Source: Podarcis bocagei (taxonomy: Eukaryota). From it: a stretch of 64,000 bases of DNA. Every line of letters begins with the position of its first letter. Position 1 is the first letter of the stretch. Shown piece after piece: positions 49,182 through 62,115 of the stretch. The notes beneath the pieces were generated by a model, which did not search any database, was not told the DNA's origin, and was given only the letters and a program-made list of their open reading frames with translations. The position numbers were made by a program, and so were the translations under genes. The DNA lies in assembly GCA_964188305.1 (NCBI GenBank), contig OZ076886.1. One strand, 5' to 3'.

Positions 49182-50692
49182 TTTTTTCCCAAATGATATT
49201 TATTAAAAGTTTAACAATTACAAAAAAGAGAAAAAAGAGACAATAAAAAGTTACAATACATCAAAAAATAAATAAAAAGCAGAATAAAAAACAATACAGC
49301 ACAATTAAAAAGAAAGAAAAAGAAAAAAAACATTTAAAAACAGAAACATTTAAAAACAGAAACATTTAAAAACACATCCAATATTTCCATGTCTTTATCT
49401 TTCATTTACTTGTTTCATCGACCTCCTCACACCTCCCTTTTTTGTATTCTAATTCAGTTTAGCTATTTCAGCAAATCCTTTCCATCTTTCTCAATTTTTG
49501 TTCTATAAATTACCTTAACCCAATCTGACCTTAAATTTTACACTTTGGCCCATTAACAATCCATTTTTACTTAATTCTTTATAACATTTCTGCTAAAACC
49601 ATGTAACTTCATTTCAGCATCCTTCTAACATTCATTAATTTTGCTATATTTTTGTAAATATACTTTAAATTTTTCCCAATCTTCTTCCACCAACTCTTCT
49701 CCCTGGTCTTGGATTCTGCCAGTCATTTCCGCCAATTCCATGTAGTCCATCACCTTCATCTGCCATTCTTCCCTGGTGGGTAGATCTTGTGTCTTCCAGT
49801 GCTTTGCAATAAGTATTCTTGCTGCTGTTGTAGCATACATGAAAAAAGTTCTATCCTTCTTTGGCACCAATTGGCCGACCATGCCCAGGAGAAAGGCCTC
49901 TGGTTTCTTCAGAAAGGTATATTTAAATACCTTTTTCATTTCATTATAGATCATCTCCCAGAATGCCTTAATCTTTGGGCATGTCCACCAAAGGTGAAAG
50001 AATGTACCTTCAGTTTCATTACATTTCCAACATTTATTATCGGGCAAATGGTAAATTTTTGCAAGCTTGACTGGTGTTATGTACAACCTGTAAATCATTT
50101 TCATTAAATTCTCTTTTAAGGCATTACATGCCGTAAACTTCATACCAGTGGTCCACAACTGTTCCCAATCAGCCATCATAATATTATGTCCAACATCTTG
50201 TGCCCATTTAATCATAGCAGATTTCACCGTTTCATCTTGAGTATTCCATTTCAACAGCAAGTTATACATTCTTGACAAATTCTTAACTTTAGAATCTAAC
50301 AATTCTGTTTCCAATTTTGATTTTTCCGCCTGAAAGCCTAATTTTTTGTCCAAATTATATGCCTCCATTATTTGATAATAATGGAGCCAATCTCGCACTC
50401 TATTTTTTAATTTTTCAAAACTCTGCAGTTTTAGTCTATCTCCCTCTTGCTCCAGAATTTCCCAATACTTCGGCCATTTGGCCCTCCATATTGAGTTTTT
50501 TCTGAGCCTTTGCTTCCATTGGTGACAACCATCTCGGGGTTTTATTTTCTAACAGATCTTTGTATTTTATCCAGACATTAAACAGTGCTTTCCTGACAAT
50601 ATGGTTTTTAAACGCTTTGTGTGCTTTAACCTTGTCATACCACAAATATGCATGCCAACCAAATACATTATTAAAACCTTCCAAATCCAACT
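49182..50692 (-). mobile_element. L1-clade LINE, 5'-truncated (ORF2 C-terminus and 3'UTR)
   Basis: CWKC...GTFFHLWWTCPKIKAFW zinc-knuckle region, AATAAA plus short poly(A), and a 16-bp TSD ACTA(T/C)CACTCAGTGTC (49166-49181 / 50693-50708). Confidence 0.9.
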
Positions 50693-52039
50693 ACTACCAC
50701 TCAGTGTCAGCCATACTGAGTCAGATAGACCAAGGCACTGGCTTGCGGTGTCTCCATGAAGAACTTGTTCAGTGAGGGGAGAAGTTTGCCCCAAGTTGCA
50801 ACATTTTCAGCCCACTCAGGAATAGAGAGAACATGTTGGAATATATTCCCAAGGCTCATCTAGCCTTTAAAGGCACTTCAGACATCAGCTTTTCCTACAC
50901 AGAGATAGATCTTTAAGACAATGCAAGAATGGGGCTGCAAGAATGTTAGTAGCGTAAAGGAAAAAACAGCACACATTATGGTAGGCAACTCCTTTCCTAT
51001 ATGGACATCTCTCAGTGTGGTGTGAAAAATATAACTCATATAACAGACCACAGACATCTTTTAAAATTTATTAATTTTATATCCCTTCTTTCTTCCAACA
51101 TACACGTGGTTTCCAAGAGGTCTCCCATTGAGCCCCTGAGGAGACCCAGACATGCTTAGCTTGAAATTATTTGCCTTCAGACCACACCCTGGGCATACTG
51201 GATTGCTGAAATTCAGCAAACATGCAAATCCCCAGGCTGTTGCTATGAGAGCTAGGGCAGCATGTTGGAGCAGTTATTATTATGCCCTTAGGCAGTGAGT
51301 ATCAGCTGTAGTTTTTTGCAGCTTTCAGAGGTTCAGATCTGCATTGCTCCCTAGAGCTCCTATATATCTTCCTTCTTTTTAGCCTGTCTCCCCTGCCGTA
51401 AAGAAGACTCCCTTCCCAATAAAAGACACCTTCCATTGCTGGCCTCGGTTCAAGTTCTTGAGACAGCTCTGCATTTTAAATATGTATCAAAATATATCAC
51501 AGCCTGGTCCCATAAATTGATGTTGATTTATTTATTATGCTTCTTTTTCTATATATAAAAGGAAATATAATCTGATGTAATCCAAGTCACCCAGATAAAT
51601 GCTCCACATATGTCATCTCTTACAAAGATAGATGGCTTCCAATAACCATATACCTACCACGTCTGGCAAGACCCCAATGACCGGCTGGTAGAAGGGGACA
51701 CTTGAAGCTGAGAAGTGATCCCAACAATGACCCTGGAAGACACAACTTCAAAAAGGTTGCATGTTGAACCCAGGGCATCTGAAGCTCTACCTAGAGATGA
51801 CCAAATGATAGGAGGAGCCACCTGTCTGACGGGAAATCAGGCAGACATCAGCAGCCCATATTGACCGAAGGGAAATGCTGTGCACTTCCTAATGCCACAT
51901 GCACCCCTCTCAAATTGTCCAAAGCCTTACATTCACCTATTGCTCCATACTTGAGATGCCAACAGGCTCCCCAAGGAAAAGTCAGAAGACCAAAGGGATG
52001 TTAGAGCCTGGAGCAAAACATGGGTCCTTTAAAAGCTCC

Positions 52040-52560
52040 ACTCACCATCCAATATGACAGTTCATCCTCAGATGCCTTCCCTATAAAGAGTGGTGTGAAA
52101 CAGGGCTGTGTTCTTGCCCCAACTCTCTTTGGCATATCTCCCTTTTGCTCTCCTATGCATTCAGCTTGACTGAAGACAGTGTGCACTTCCATTCCAGAGG
52201 CAAGTTCAACCTGGCAAGTCTCCACGACAGGACCAAAGTGCAGTGGGTTCCTATCCAAGGTATGTTGTTTGTAGATGATGCAGCCTTGACAGTGCACTTC
52301 AAGCAAGCTCTATAGAGACTCATCAACCATTTTGCCCAACCTTGCCTGGAGTTCAGCCTCACCATCAGCCTGACAAAGACCAGAATCCTGGGTCAGAACA
52401 TTGCCAGCATTCTACACATCAGCACTGGTGACCACATGCTTGAGGTGGTAGATGATTTTGTCTATCTGGACTCCACCATAATCAGCAACTATTCCATCAA
52501 TGCTGAGCTGGACAAACATACTGGCAAGGCAGCTATGGCAGTGGTTGCTGAACGACAACT
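52040..52560 (+). mobile_element. Old RTE-clade RT fragment
   Basis: SSDAFPIKSGVKQGCVLAPTLFGI...LFVDDAAL...FSLTISLTKT...LEVVDDFVYLDS. Confidence 0.8.
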
Positions 52561-53129
52561 TCCACCAGCCCAAGTATAGTCAATGGCTAGAGATTATGGG
52601 AATTGTATTTCAGCAACATCGGGAGGATAAAAGGTCCCCACACCAAGTAAAATGTTTGGGAAAATTAAAAGGGTATTTCACAGCTGAGGTACCACCACCA
52701 AAAGGTCCCTCTCCCACATTGTCACCCACATTACCTCAAATGGCAGGGGCATGCAGAAGAGAGCTTCTGAAGATCTTAACAGTGGGACAAGCTGATAGTC
52801 TTCAAGGGCAGCCCGATGTATAAACATGCTACATCACTCTAACATGGAATTTGCCTGTGTATAGTTAGGTGTCATCAGGCTTTTTATGCCCCCAAAGGGA
52901 TACATCTGGTGGAAAACTGAAGAGCACACATAAGCAACAAACTTCTTCCTTTGATGGGAGTGCAATCACACCTAGAGCATGCTGAACATCATGCTTCCAT
53001 ACAGATAAGCCACCCAGCTTAGGTTCAGTTTATTCTTAACAGAAAGTGGAGAAGATGGATATTATCATGGACTGAATGTCTTAAATATATATATATATTG
53101 GTAACTGGCAGTTGGAAAACCGGGAGTCC

Positions 53130-53300
53130 TTTTTACCTTTCTTTATTGTTTCTTTTTCTTTTTCCCTTCCCTCTTTTTCTTTCTTTCTCTCTTTTCTTCT
53201 TCCTGCTTCTTTCGCTTTTTCTTTTCTTGTTTTCTTTCTTTCGTTGTTGTTGTTGTTGTTGTCGTCGTCGTCTCTCTTCTTTGTTTCTTCTTTTTTCTTT
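53130..53300. repeat. Pyrimidine-rich low-complexity tract with (TTG)n(TCG)n
   Basis: Directly visible. Confidence 0.8.
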
Positions 53301-53703
53301 GGAGTCCTATGCTCAGGGCCTTTATCTAGGTCCAGCGATGGTGGTGTAGATGGTTGATGGAGGACCCTGGGTGCGAGGCAGAAAAACATTGGTCTCCCAG
53401 AGTGAGAAGCTGGGAGGAGAAAGGAAAGTTATACCAGGTGAGAGCTGGGAGGAGCTACTCCCTTCTGTGAGTTAAGAACCATCTTTAAGAGAGGACTCCG
53501 TATTGTACTTATTCCATCTGTACTTTTTGTAGCTGTTTTCTGTTTTTTATTTACATTAGTTCTCTATATCTTATTGTTTTATGGAAAAAAGTAAGAAAAA
53601 TCTTAACAAATAAAAGAGATTCCATTGATTGGCCTCCCAGTGCTTCATTATATGCTGTCTTTTATTAAAATCTTTTATCCAAATTTGTATTTAAAGTTTT
53701 AAG

Positions 53704-53736
<33 letters not shown>

Positions 53737-54171
53737 ATAACCAGGAAATTCTGTGTTCTAAATATCCCTCAAATATAGACAAATTTAATTCAATTTTTCC
53801 AAATTGAAGAGGTGCAGGATGAGGCTGTGCCATGTATGAAGCAGATTCCTCTGACAGCAAATCAGGACTACCAAAAGATGAGGAAAAGCAAAATTGTCTT
53901 GGTACATCCAATGAACCTCCCACACTTGTCTGGGTACATTTATTATTCCCCTCCATTCTTGATCCAAAAGCAGTTTGATCTGCACAAAGCAGTGACATTT
54001 CTGCTGCCACTGTCTTGTCAGGGCGAGACAGAACTTTTTCCTCCCTTATTTTCATGAGATACCTTTTATGATTCTGGATAGCCTAAAGAAAGTCGGACTT
54101 TCCTCTGCCCCCCGCCCTTCTGAAATATTTGAAGCAACAGAGTAGAAAGAGTCTCACTTGTTTCTCTATTG

Positions 54172-54661
54172 CAGTGTTTCCCAACCTTTTTTTGGGCAAA
54201 GGCACACTTGTTTGATGAAAAAAATCTCGAGGCACACCACCATTACAGCCCCGTGACGTCAGCGCGCAGCGTCACGCCGGGAGGGACGCACGAAAGTGTA
54301 AGTTTCAATTTTTTTCCCTCCCCCTTGCCGGGGAACCTCCAAGCTTTGGGGGTGGGGGGGGGGGAGGAGGCCGCAAAGCGAGGCAGGAAGGAGAGCGCGG
54401 CTTGGCTGGGTGAGCTTTGGCAGGGGCAGGGAATGAGAGCCGCAAGGCGGGCGCTGCGGACGGAGGCGCTGCCCGCCGAGCTCGCAGGCAGCCAGGCAGG
54501 CAGACGGCGAGAGCCCCGCGCTGGGCGGCCTCTCCTCGCCGCCGCCGCCCCGCCTCTCGCCGCCCGACTCACCCGCCTCCCTCCAGGCAACATCTCGCGG
54601 CACACCAGGCAACATCTCGCGGCACACTAGTGTGCCGCGGAACAGTGGTTGGGAAACACTG
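54172..54661. mobile_element. hAT (Charlie-like) MITE with CpG-island-like interior
   Basis: TIR CAGTGTTTCCCAACC and 8-bp TSD CTCTATTG. Confidence 0.9.
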
Positions 54662-56136
54662 CTCTATTGTGATGGGTACATAGCTGTTGCTTCTGGGCTT
54701 GGAGAAATCTCTGTTCCTCCTGCTTCCTATCTTTTGTCCTGCACCACTGAGTGTAATTAATTAGCGAGAAGCCGCATTTTGCTTTTGCACATACAGCTAT
54801 GGAGAAGACTCTGCTTATATCACAAGACCTTGACGACAATGTCCATTAAAAAAATATTCCTACTCCACAACACCAGTAATTATTTTCTCCAGGGAATATG
54901 ACTGAAACAGCTCAAATATGTCATGTGTGTGTGTTTAATTTTGGTTTTCATTTCATTCTTTTGTCTTTGCTTCTTATTCTTGTATGTTATTGAAGTGAGT
55001 GTTCTTGTTTAAATAAATAAATGTTATTATTAAAAGAATCTACTAAAGAGTTATTTGCATGCAGGGGGTGGAGGTGTGGCAGCCCATTACGTTGCTGAAC
55101 CTAACAAATCCACAATCATAAATGGATGTTCCAAATAAGATGCTTCAAATCATTCTGATATCCAGAAAGACTATGGAAGGGTTAGTTCCCCCCCCCCCCA
55201 TCATATTTCTCCAAACTGGAGAGAGTGCAAGGATCTGAATCACACTTCCTATGGTCAAAAATACAAGCTACTTTCTACAGGTAAAAGAATCCCACACTAG
55301 GGAACACATTGGGTGCTCTATCCTCTTGGAAAGCAAATTCTACATCCCTGGGGTCTCCCCATAAATCTGCTTAGTACTTGGCTGCCTGCTTCCAGCATCC
55401 TAGGAAAACCTGACAGCTAGATCAGCTTCTAAATTCCTTTGCCACCTGCAGTGGCTGCTGTCAGTCCAGATAAGCCAAGCTGTCAACAACCCTACAGGAC
55501 AACTGCTGGAGAATTCAAGGTGGGATGAATCTCATCAGTCTTGCAAAATGAGCTGAGTCAAGAGGAGCGAGCGTGGTCAGTTCTGATGGGAAAATAATTA
55601 CTGTGTGACAAGGCTTTGCCTGGCACAGGAGCTCACTTACAATTATTGAGAAACAAGCTGGTTTTGGAAGGGGTGTCTGGAAATGGCCGAGATACAGTGC
55701 TTTTAATAGGTGTGCTCCTCTCCACTCACAATGTCCACCCAGAACCTTGAGGATGTTATAATCATCCAAAGGGTTTCAGAGTTGAACCAGATGTTAGAAG
55801 GGAGATGCAGGTGGTAAACTTTTTAAATTTTATTTTAAGTAGCTTCAGGAGGCTGTGATTGAAAGTGGGGAAAGGGTATGGAAGAGCTGTTTTATATTTC
55901 CCCCTCCAAGTATAGGGTTGCATCTATTTTCCCATACAGATTGGAAAGAGCATCTGGGGCAGTTTGAGCAGAAAAACTGCCCAGGAAAGAAAGAATTCCA
56001 GTTCTCCCCAAGTCCTTGGAAGTGATGGCCGTTAACTCAAGGCTGATTTAAGGAGTCACAGTCAAACCAAAGAGCCACTGGGGTGAAAGAGTTTGAATTT
56101 GACAGATCTTGGACTTTCCCAGCTACACTGGCATAA

Positions 56137-56459
56137 GGCTCCATCTGCACTATGGAGTATTATGCTACTTTAAGCAGCTGTTGCTTCCCCCAGAGAATCC
56201 TGGGAACTTTAGTTGGTTAAGAGTGCTGAGAGATGTTAGGAGATCTCTTTTCCACTCACAGAGCTACAACTGACAGAGCTCCCTGGGAAGCGGGATTGAT
56301 TATTAAACCACTCTGGTGACTATAGCTCTGTGGGAGGAATAGGGGTCTCCTAACAACTCTCAGCATGCTCAGTCACTGCAGTTCCCAGGAGTCCTTGGAG
56401 AAGCCATGACTGTTCAAAGTGGTGTGATGCTGCTTTAAATGTATAGTGCAGATGGGGTT
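56137..56459. mobile_element. Palindromic PIF/Harbinger-like MITE
   Basis: TAA-flanked long inverted repeat CCATCTGCACTAT...ATAGTGCAGATGG with matching internal arms. Confidence 0.6.
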
Positions 56460-59400
56460 AAGTCCACACCCCCAACTGAGCTGGAGATACACCAGAATAA
56501 TTTCCTCATCCAGGTTCAGTCAGGGCTCAGAACCTAAGCATGTGGAACTTAAAATGGCATAAGTCCCCTATAGGGGGATGTGACAGGAGTATGGTGGGGG
56601 CAGGGAAAGGAGACACACCCATTCCAAACCATGTTCAGCTCAGTCATGTGACCTAGGACCCAGTCCTCAAAAACTGGGCCCACACTCACCTGCTGACTCA
56701 GCCAGCAGTAGCCCTTCCTGGAGGCTCCTAAACAGGGTTTGGAATAGGGTTGACTTACACCAGTGTAAGTTAGGCTGGCTTCCTATAGTTAGGATTGCTT
56801 TGTTAAGCCTTGGGGAGAAGCTTTCACGCCTTGCTCTGGGAAATCCAAGGGTTTCTTGAAAGCTGGCCAGGGTATCTCAATAAAAGGATGGGGAGGAACC
56901 ATGACTCAGACATTCCCAGCTCCAGTTCCTACTGTTGCTAATTAAAAGGCCCCAAGTAGTGGGTAACAGAAAAGACCCTTCTCTATCTAACAGCCTGGAG
57001 AACCATGATCAGTCAGTGCATACCAGCTGTGGGGAACTTTTGGCCCTCCAGATGTTGCTGAACTACAACTCTTATTGCTCTTAGCAACTGATCATGCCTG
57101 CTGGGGCTGATGGGAATTGCAGTTCAGAAACATTGGGAGGGCAAAAGTTTCCTTTCATCCGATATAGACAACCCTGAGCTAGATGGGCAAGTCACGACAG
57201 GGAAGCTTCTCTATTTTCAAACCTATTTTTCTATCCCACCTGTCATCCAAGAAACTCAAGATGGCAAAATGATTACTTCCCTCTCCATTTTATCCTCCCA
57301 ACAACCCAGTGAGGTAGAGGAGGCTGAGAAACAGCTTCCCATCCTTCTCGAACCACAGAACAAAGGCACTAAGTGATGGGGGTGCTGACGGAGCTCCTTG
57401 CCAGGGGCACAAGGGACCCTCAGTACACCTCTGCCTGCAGTTCACACACAGCACAGGCCAGGCAAGTTGGGCCTAGCCATAGCCTCACATGAACGACCAG
57501 TGTACTAATCGTGAAAGGCATGATTGCAAAATTGCTGGTGCGGTGCTCCTCTGCAGTCTGATTCCCCTTTGTCTTAAGGGGACTCAACCTGACTCCTTTC
57601 ATCCTAACACACCAAAGAACAATAGCAGGTGGGTGGAAGGAAAATTGCCGGCACCTTGAGTAACCATAGACACGACCTGAAGGCCAAAGTTCTGCCTGGG
57701 GCAGATATAAGTGGATTCATCATTCACTTGTATTTGCCACCCAACCTACCTATTTAAAATGTGTTAAATACATTATGAAAGACGCAGGCAATAGCTGTGG
57801 ATCCAGACAAAGAGCCTGGAAATCTCTGTTTAACAACTCCATTTCCCTCCCTTGCTGGCACCTAAGTTTTCAAAAAGTAGAAGTGGTAAAAAGGGTGCTG
57901 TCGCCCTTGCTTGCTAGAGAGCTCTAGAATAGACTGTATTTTCACATTATAATGCAGCCAAACCAGCTCAGTAGCTGACTTTTTGTCATGCTGCTTTACT
58001 TAGCTATTCCAGATCTTCCTCCCTCCACACTGGAACAAGATGCTTGCATCTTGACACTGTCTTCAGCCTCCAGCAGGCTCATAACTTGCTGGGACAGATT
58101 ATTTTAATGAACTGGAATCTCTGCTTGTCTCCCTAGCCCAGCCAGTCCCGAGCAGAGGCGATTGCTTCGGCTATCAACCAGCAGCATATGGGCCAAGAAT
58201 GTCAACACAGAACAAGCAGGGCATGATCTGGGAGGCTTTCAAGAAATTGCTGGTTTATTTCCCCCCCTTTAACAAGCTGGTGATGCATGAAGGGCTATGG
58301 GTGGGGGCTGAGGAGAGGGAGATAGCCAGAGGCTGCATTTTGCTCCCTCTCTAAGCACAGCCATTGCTTTCCCAGAATACAGAATGCATTTAGCAAGACA
58401 AATTGAAAATGATCGAGCCAACAAGTTGTGCCACATGCTGCAGGGGGACACAGAGAAAAAGTATAAGTCACCCGATAATCCAACAGGGGGGAAGAATTGC
58501 TTCCCAGCCCCATTTTCCATTGAATTGCTTCTGAAATAATTTTTTGTAAAATAAAATCTTATAAAGACCTGAGAAAGTCCTAGTAGCTGAAGAAAATCAA
58601 GGCTGACTTTATTCTATTGCACAAATCAAATTCCACATAGGAGGTCCATGGAAGTGATAGCCATTGAACTTGTCCCAGACCCACTTCAGGCCTTCTCCCA
58701 CCACTGCCTCCAACTTGTCGCCCAGTAAACTAAGGGTGCTCAAGGAACCCTGATGATCCAAGGGTACCCTGTTATCTTTATCATCTTGGCTTTCTTGTGT
58801 GGCCTTGGAGCAGATGTATGAAATCTCCTGGGAAATAGCTTTGGCCCTATCCAAACTATTTAGCTTCCTCCAACACTTTTCAGATGTCTTACTTGCAAAC
58901 TTCCAAATTTTGCTTCAATTTTCATGCTGCATTTTTACTGTAGCATGGATTTTCATATGCAATATCCCACTTCACCAGATGTTGTAAGTCCCTTTGAAGA
59001 GTGCGTGAGAGTTAATGCAAGTATAAATGACTAGGCCACCTCTAAGATATTTTTTACCTTCTTGCTGTCACAGACTCAGCGAGCCCAGAAGAATAATCCT
59101 GTATGTCCCTTCTTGGATTGTGGTACTTCAGGGTGCAGAACAGGGGTTAGATGACCTCAAGGGTAGCCAACATGGGGCCCTGAAGCTGTTGTTGGACCAC
59201 AACCCCCCATCACCCTATACCATTGTCCATGCTGTTAGGAGCTGGTGGGAATTTTGGTCCAGCAGTAGGTGGAAGGCATCACATTGGCTACCTTGCACTA
59301 CATATTCAATATTGTTCTGTGTCTTCTACCTTATAGATTGTCAACACGCTGGAGAAAAGGGTTCTGGCTTAGCTCTCTCCCCACCCCCAAATATTGGTTT

Positions 59401-60218
59401 ACTCTTTGGAAGGAATCTTTGAACTGGAGTACACTCAACAATGCAACCCTGCACCTGAATTCAGTCCCAGGGGGCAGGTATTGAGATGCCTGTACCATGT
59501 GACTGCTCTGATTGTGTAGATCTGGCCTGATGCAGGAACCCTTCTGTAATCTTGGTTGGCACAAAACACTTTGATTGCTGTAAGGTGTTTTACTCCATCC
59601 TGCACAATATTCCATTTTTCCAATTAGCACCATATCATACCCTTATTAAACAGATTAAAAACTGGTTAATTAATAGATCTCAGGATGTACTTGTTAATTA
59701 GGAAATGGGTATGTGTTTCTAGCAGAGTCCACCAGGGATCAGTTCTCAACCCAGAGCTAATTGATATGTTAAACAGTGATATGAAAGAAAATGTAAAGTC
59801 AGCACACATAAAGTTTCTAGGGGACAAAAATTGTAGAAAGCTAGAAGGGTAAGTCATTAATACAAAACCCTCTAAGTGTACTGGTACAACCGATGTACTT
59901 CAGAAGCATTCATTTTTATACAGCTCAATGTGATGGCGTATCTTTAGGAGCAAAAAGAACATATCAGGCTACCAAGAGACAGGATTGTACCCTGAATACC
60001 AGTGGCATAGAAGTTTGCCTTTGAATGTTATGAGATGGGTTACACATCACCATGACATGGATTGTCATATACTGTTTGTATCACACACCCTTGGAGACCA
60101 GGAAATGCCACGTTTTGGGGTGCAGAATGGGGAGGATCCTCAGTGATAGGAGGTAGTTGCAGAGGCTGCTCTGCAGCAGGAGGTCGCAGGTTAAGGGTGC
60201 TGTAGGAGTTAGACTCAC

Positions 60219-60491
60219 CTTTGACAACCTGCTCAGTCTCTCACACACAGCTGCCATACCCCTCCCACGATTAGACATTTCTTGGGGTCCCAATTCCATC
60301 TCCCTCATCCTGCTAGGGCCTTCCCCAGGGTTCTCCAGCTCCAACTCTCTGAGTTCCTTCTATTCCACCTTGATATCTGACCTCCCCTTTATGACACCTC
60401 CTCAAGGCTCATGACAATAACATGAGGGTGGGCAACCGCTAATTATACAGCTTACAAGTTGAAACCTGCTGAAAATCATGGAATGTGTCCA
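60219..60491 (-). other. Candidate exon encoding MREMELGPQEMSNRGRGMAAVCERLSRLSK (phase-0 end)
   Basis: Long polypyrimidine tract ending ttcag at 60492, with an alternative acceptor at 60466. Consensus donor AAG|GTGAGT at 60218. Confidence 0.45.
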
Positions 60492-60930
60492 CTGAAATGG
60501 GAGGGAGGGAGAGAGGGAGGGAGGGAAGAGGGAGGGGGCACTGCCAATCCATTCACTTCCCATTGAAGTTGCTGCACTCTGTCTAGACCCCATCCCCTGA
60601 CAGCTTTGGAGAAGGGTTCTGATTATTATCCATAAAGCTAAATGGAAAATATCACCAACAAATTTTCTGGATTCCTAACAAAACCTTTCCCCAGCATTCC
60701 TTCACAGCTGTCCAAGAGGAGTGGTGGTCAATGGAGACCCGTGAGTCCAACAATCAGCTGGTGAACAAGTTATCCCATTGTAAGCTGCTGAAACTTGGAG
60801 CACTCCGTTTCCTTTGGGACTCTTTGTTCCTCAACACCAGCCATTATCCTTTTTCAAGGATAAGTCAAGTTTAAAGCTGGTCTACATAGACAGCATCAAG
60901 TCATAATAGGCAGGGATATATAAAGCAAAA

Positions 60931-61288
60931 GGGATGCAGGTGGCACAGTGGGTTAAACCACAGAACCTAGGACTTGCCGATCAGAAGGTTGGCAGTTCGA
61001 ATCCCCGCGACGGGGTGAGCTCCCGTTGCTCGGTCCCTGCTCCTGCCAACCTAGCAGTTCGAAAGCACGTCAAAGTGCAAGTAGATAAATAGGTACCGCT
61101 CCAGTGGGAAGGTAAACGGCGTTTCCATGTGCTGCTCTGGTTCGCCAGAAGCGGCTTAGTCATGCTGGCCACATGACTCGGAAGCTGTACGCCGGCTCCC
61201 TCGGCCAATAAAGCGAGATGAGCACCGCAACCCCAGAGTCGGCCACGGCTGGACCTAATGGTCAGGGGTCCCTTTACCTTTACCTTTA
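60931..61288 (+). mobile_element. Sauria SINE
   Basis: Full body with (ACCTTT)n tail. Flanking repeat TATAAAGCAAA at 60919-60929 and 61296-61306. Confidence 0.9.
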
Positions 61289-61792
61289 TATACAGTATAA
61301 AGCAAATAAAGTTCAGCCAGAAGCTCTTTTGCAATGAAGGAAGAAAAAAACAGGACCTTGGACAGCTCCAAGTGAGCCCTGCTGGCTAAAGTTCTGGCAA
61401 TTCAGACAGGAGGCATACCTGGAGATTCCAAGGATTGAATCTGAGATATTCTGCATGCAAGGCAGAACGCTCTGTCGGTGAGCTCTGGCCCTTGCATATT
61501 ACTGCAAGGCAGCAACAATACATCCTGTATGTTCTTCCAAGCAAAAAAGCCTGCCCAGAGCTGCCCCTTCATCTACATAGCCCCACCCTGAGTTCCATTT
61601 CTTGGTCACATGACTGTGTGACAAAAAACTTCACTTCTATGTTATAACTCCTAAAATATTTCGACCTGCTATACTGCAGGAACGTGGAAGCTGCTGAAGT
61701 GAACCAAGAGATCAAGATGGCTAGAAGCATCCCAAGCTCCTCCCTTCCCTGATTCCCCGGGGCGCCTGCCTTCCCCCTGCACACTCACTCAC

Positions 61793-62115
61793 GCAGACAC
61801 CGACCAGCTGTAGGCTGACTCCTGTTTTCCTGCCTTTCACACCCTGGCTACAGTCGCTTCCCGGCTCTTACAGAGAGTGTGATTTTCACAGCAGGGAGTC
61901 ATCACCCAGTTATTTACAGAGTGCAAGACGTTACTGGCAGTTCCTCCTTTCCACACAGCACTGCGCTGCTGCAAGTTGCAGCAAGCACATGCTATTTATA
62001 ATGTGGGGGGTGGGGGGTGGACCGGCAAAGCAGGACTAAGGCAAACGGAACCCTGAACTGTGTATAGGAGCCATGGGAGGGGCATCACATCCTCCGCTCA
62101 GAGAACAGCTGCACG
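61793..62115 (-). promoter_or_regulatory. Candidate promoter and non-coding first exon (MEF2/TATA, CACCC boxes, E-boxes)
   Basis: CTATTTATAA at 61992-62001 (MEF2 consensus; reads TTATAAATAG on -). CACCC boxes at 62005-62020. CAGCTG at 62106 and 61805. Donor TGC|GTGAGT at 61792. Confidence 0.35.

Larger units (their letters stand above)
48660..50750 (+). mobile_element. tRNA-headed squamate SINE (Squam2-like) split by a hAT MITE and an L1 fragment
   Basis: Head TGGTAGAACATATGCTTTGCATG...TTCAATCC to CCTGAAACCCTAGAG. Resumes at 49154-49181 and again at 50693-50740. Related copies on - near 32410-32530, 48245-48395 and 61410-61490. Confidence 0.65.

Noticed and set aside
53081-53389. Lys/Glu-rich and Phe/Leu-rich ORFs
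   Set aside because: Translations of a low-complexity pyrimidine tract.
54169-54683. GC-rich overlapping ORFs and an apparent CpG-island promoter
   Set aside because: Contained within a TSD-flanked MITE; ORFs in several frames reflect GC content.
61666-61730. Signal-peptide-like MLLAILISWFTSAAST on the minus strand
   Set aside because: Only weak donors follow, and it falls in the intron if the GTGAGT donor at 61792 is used.
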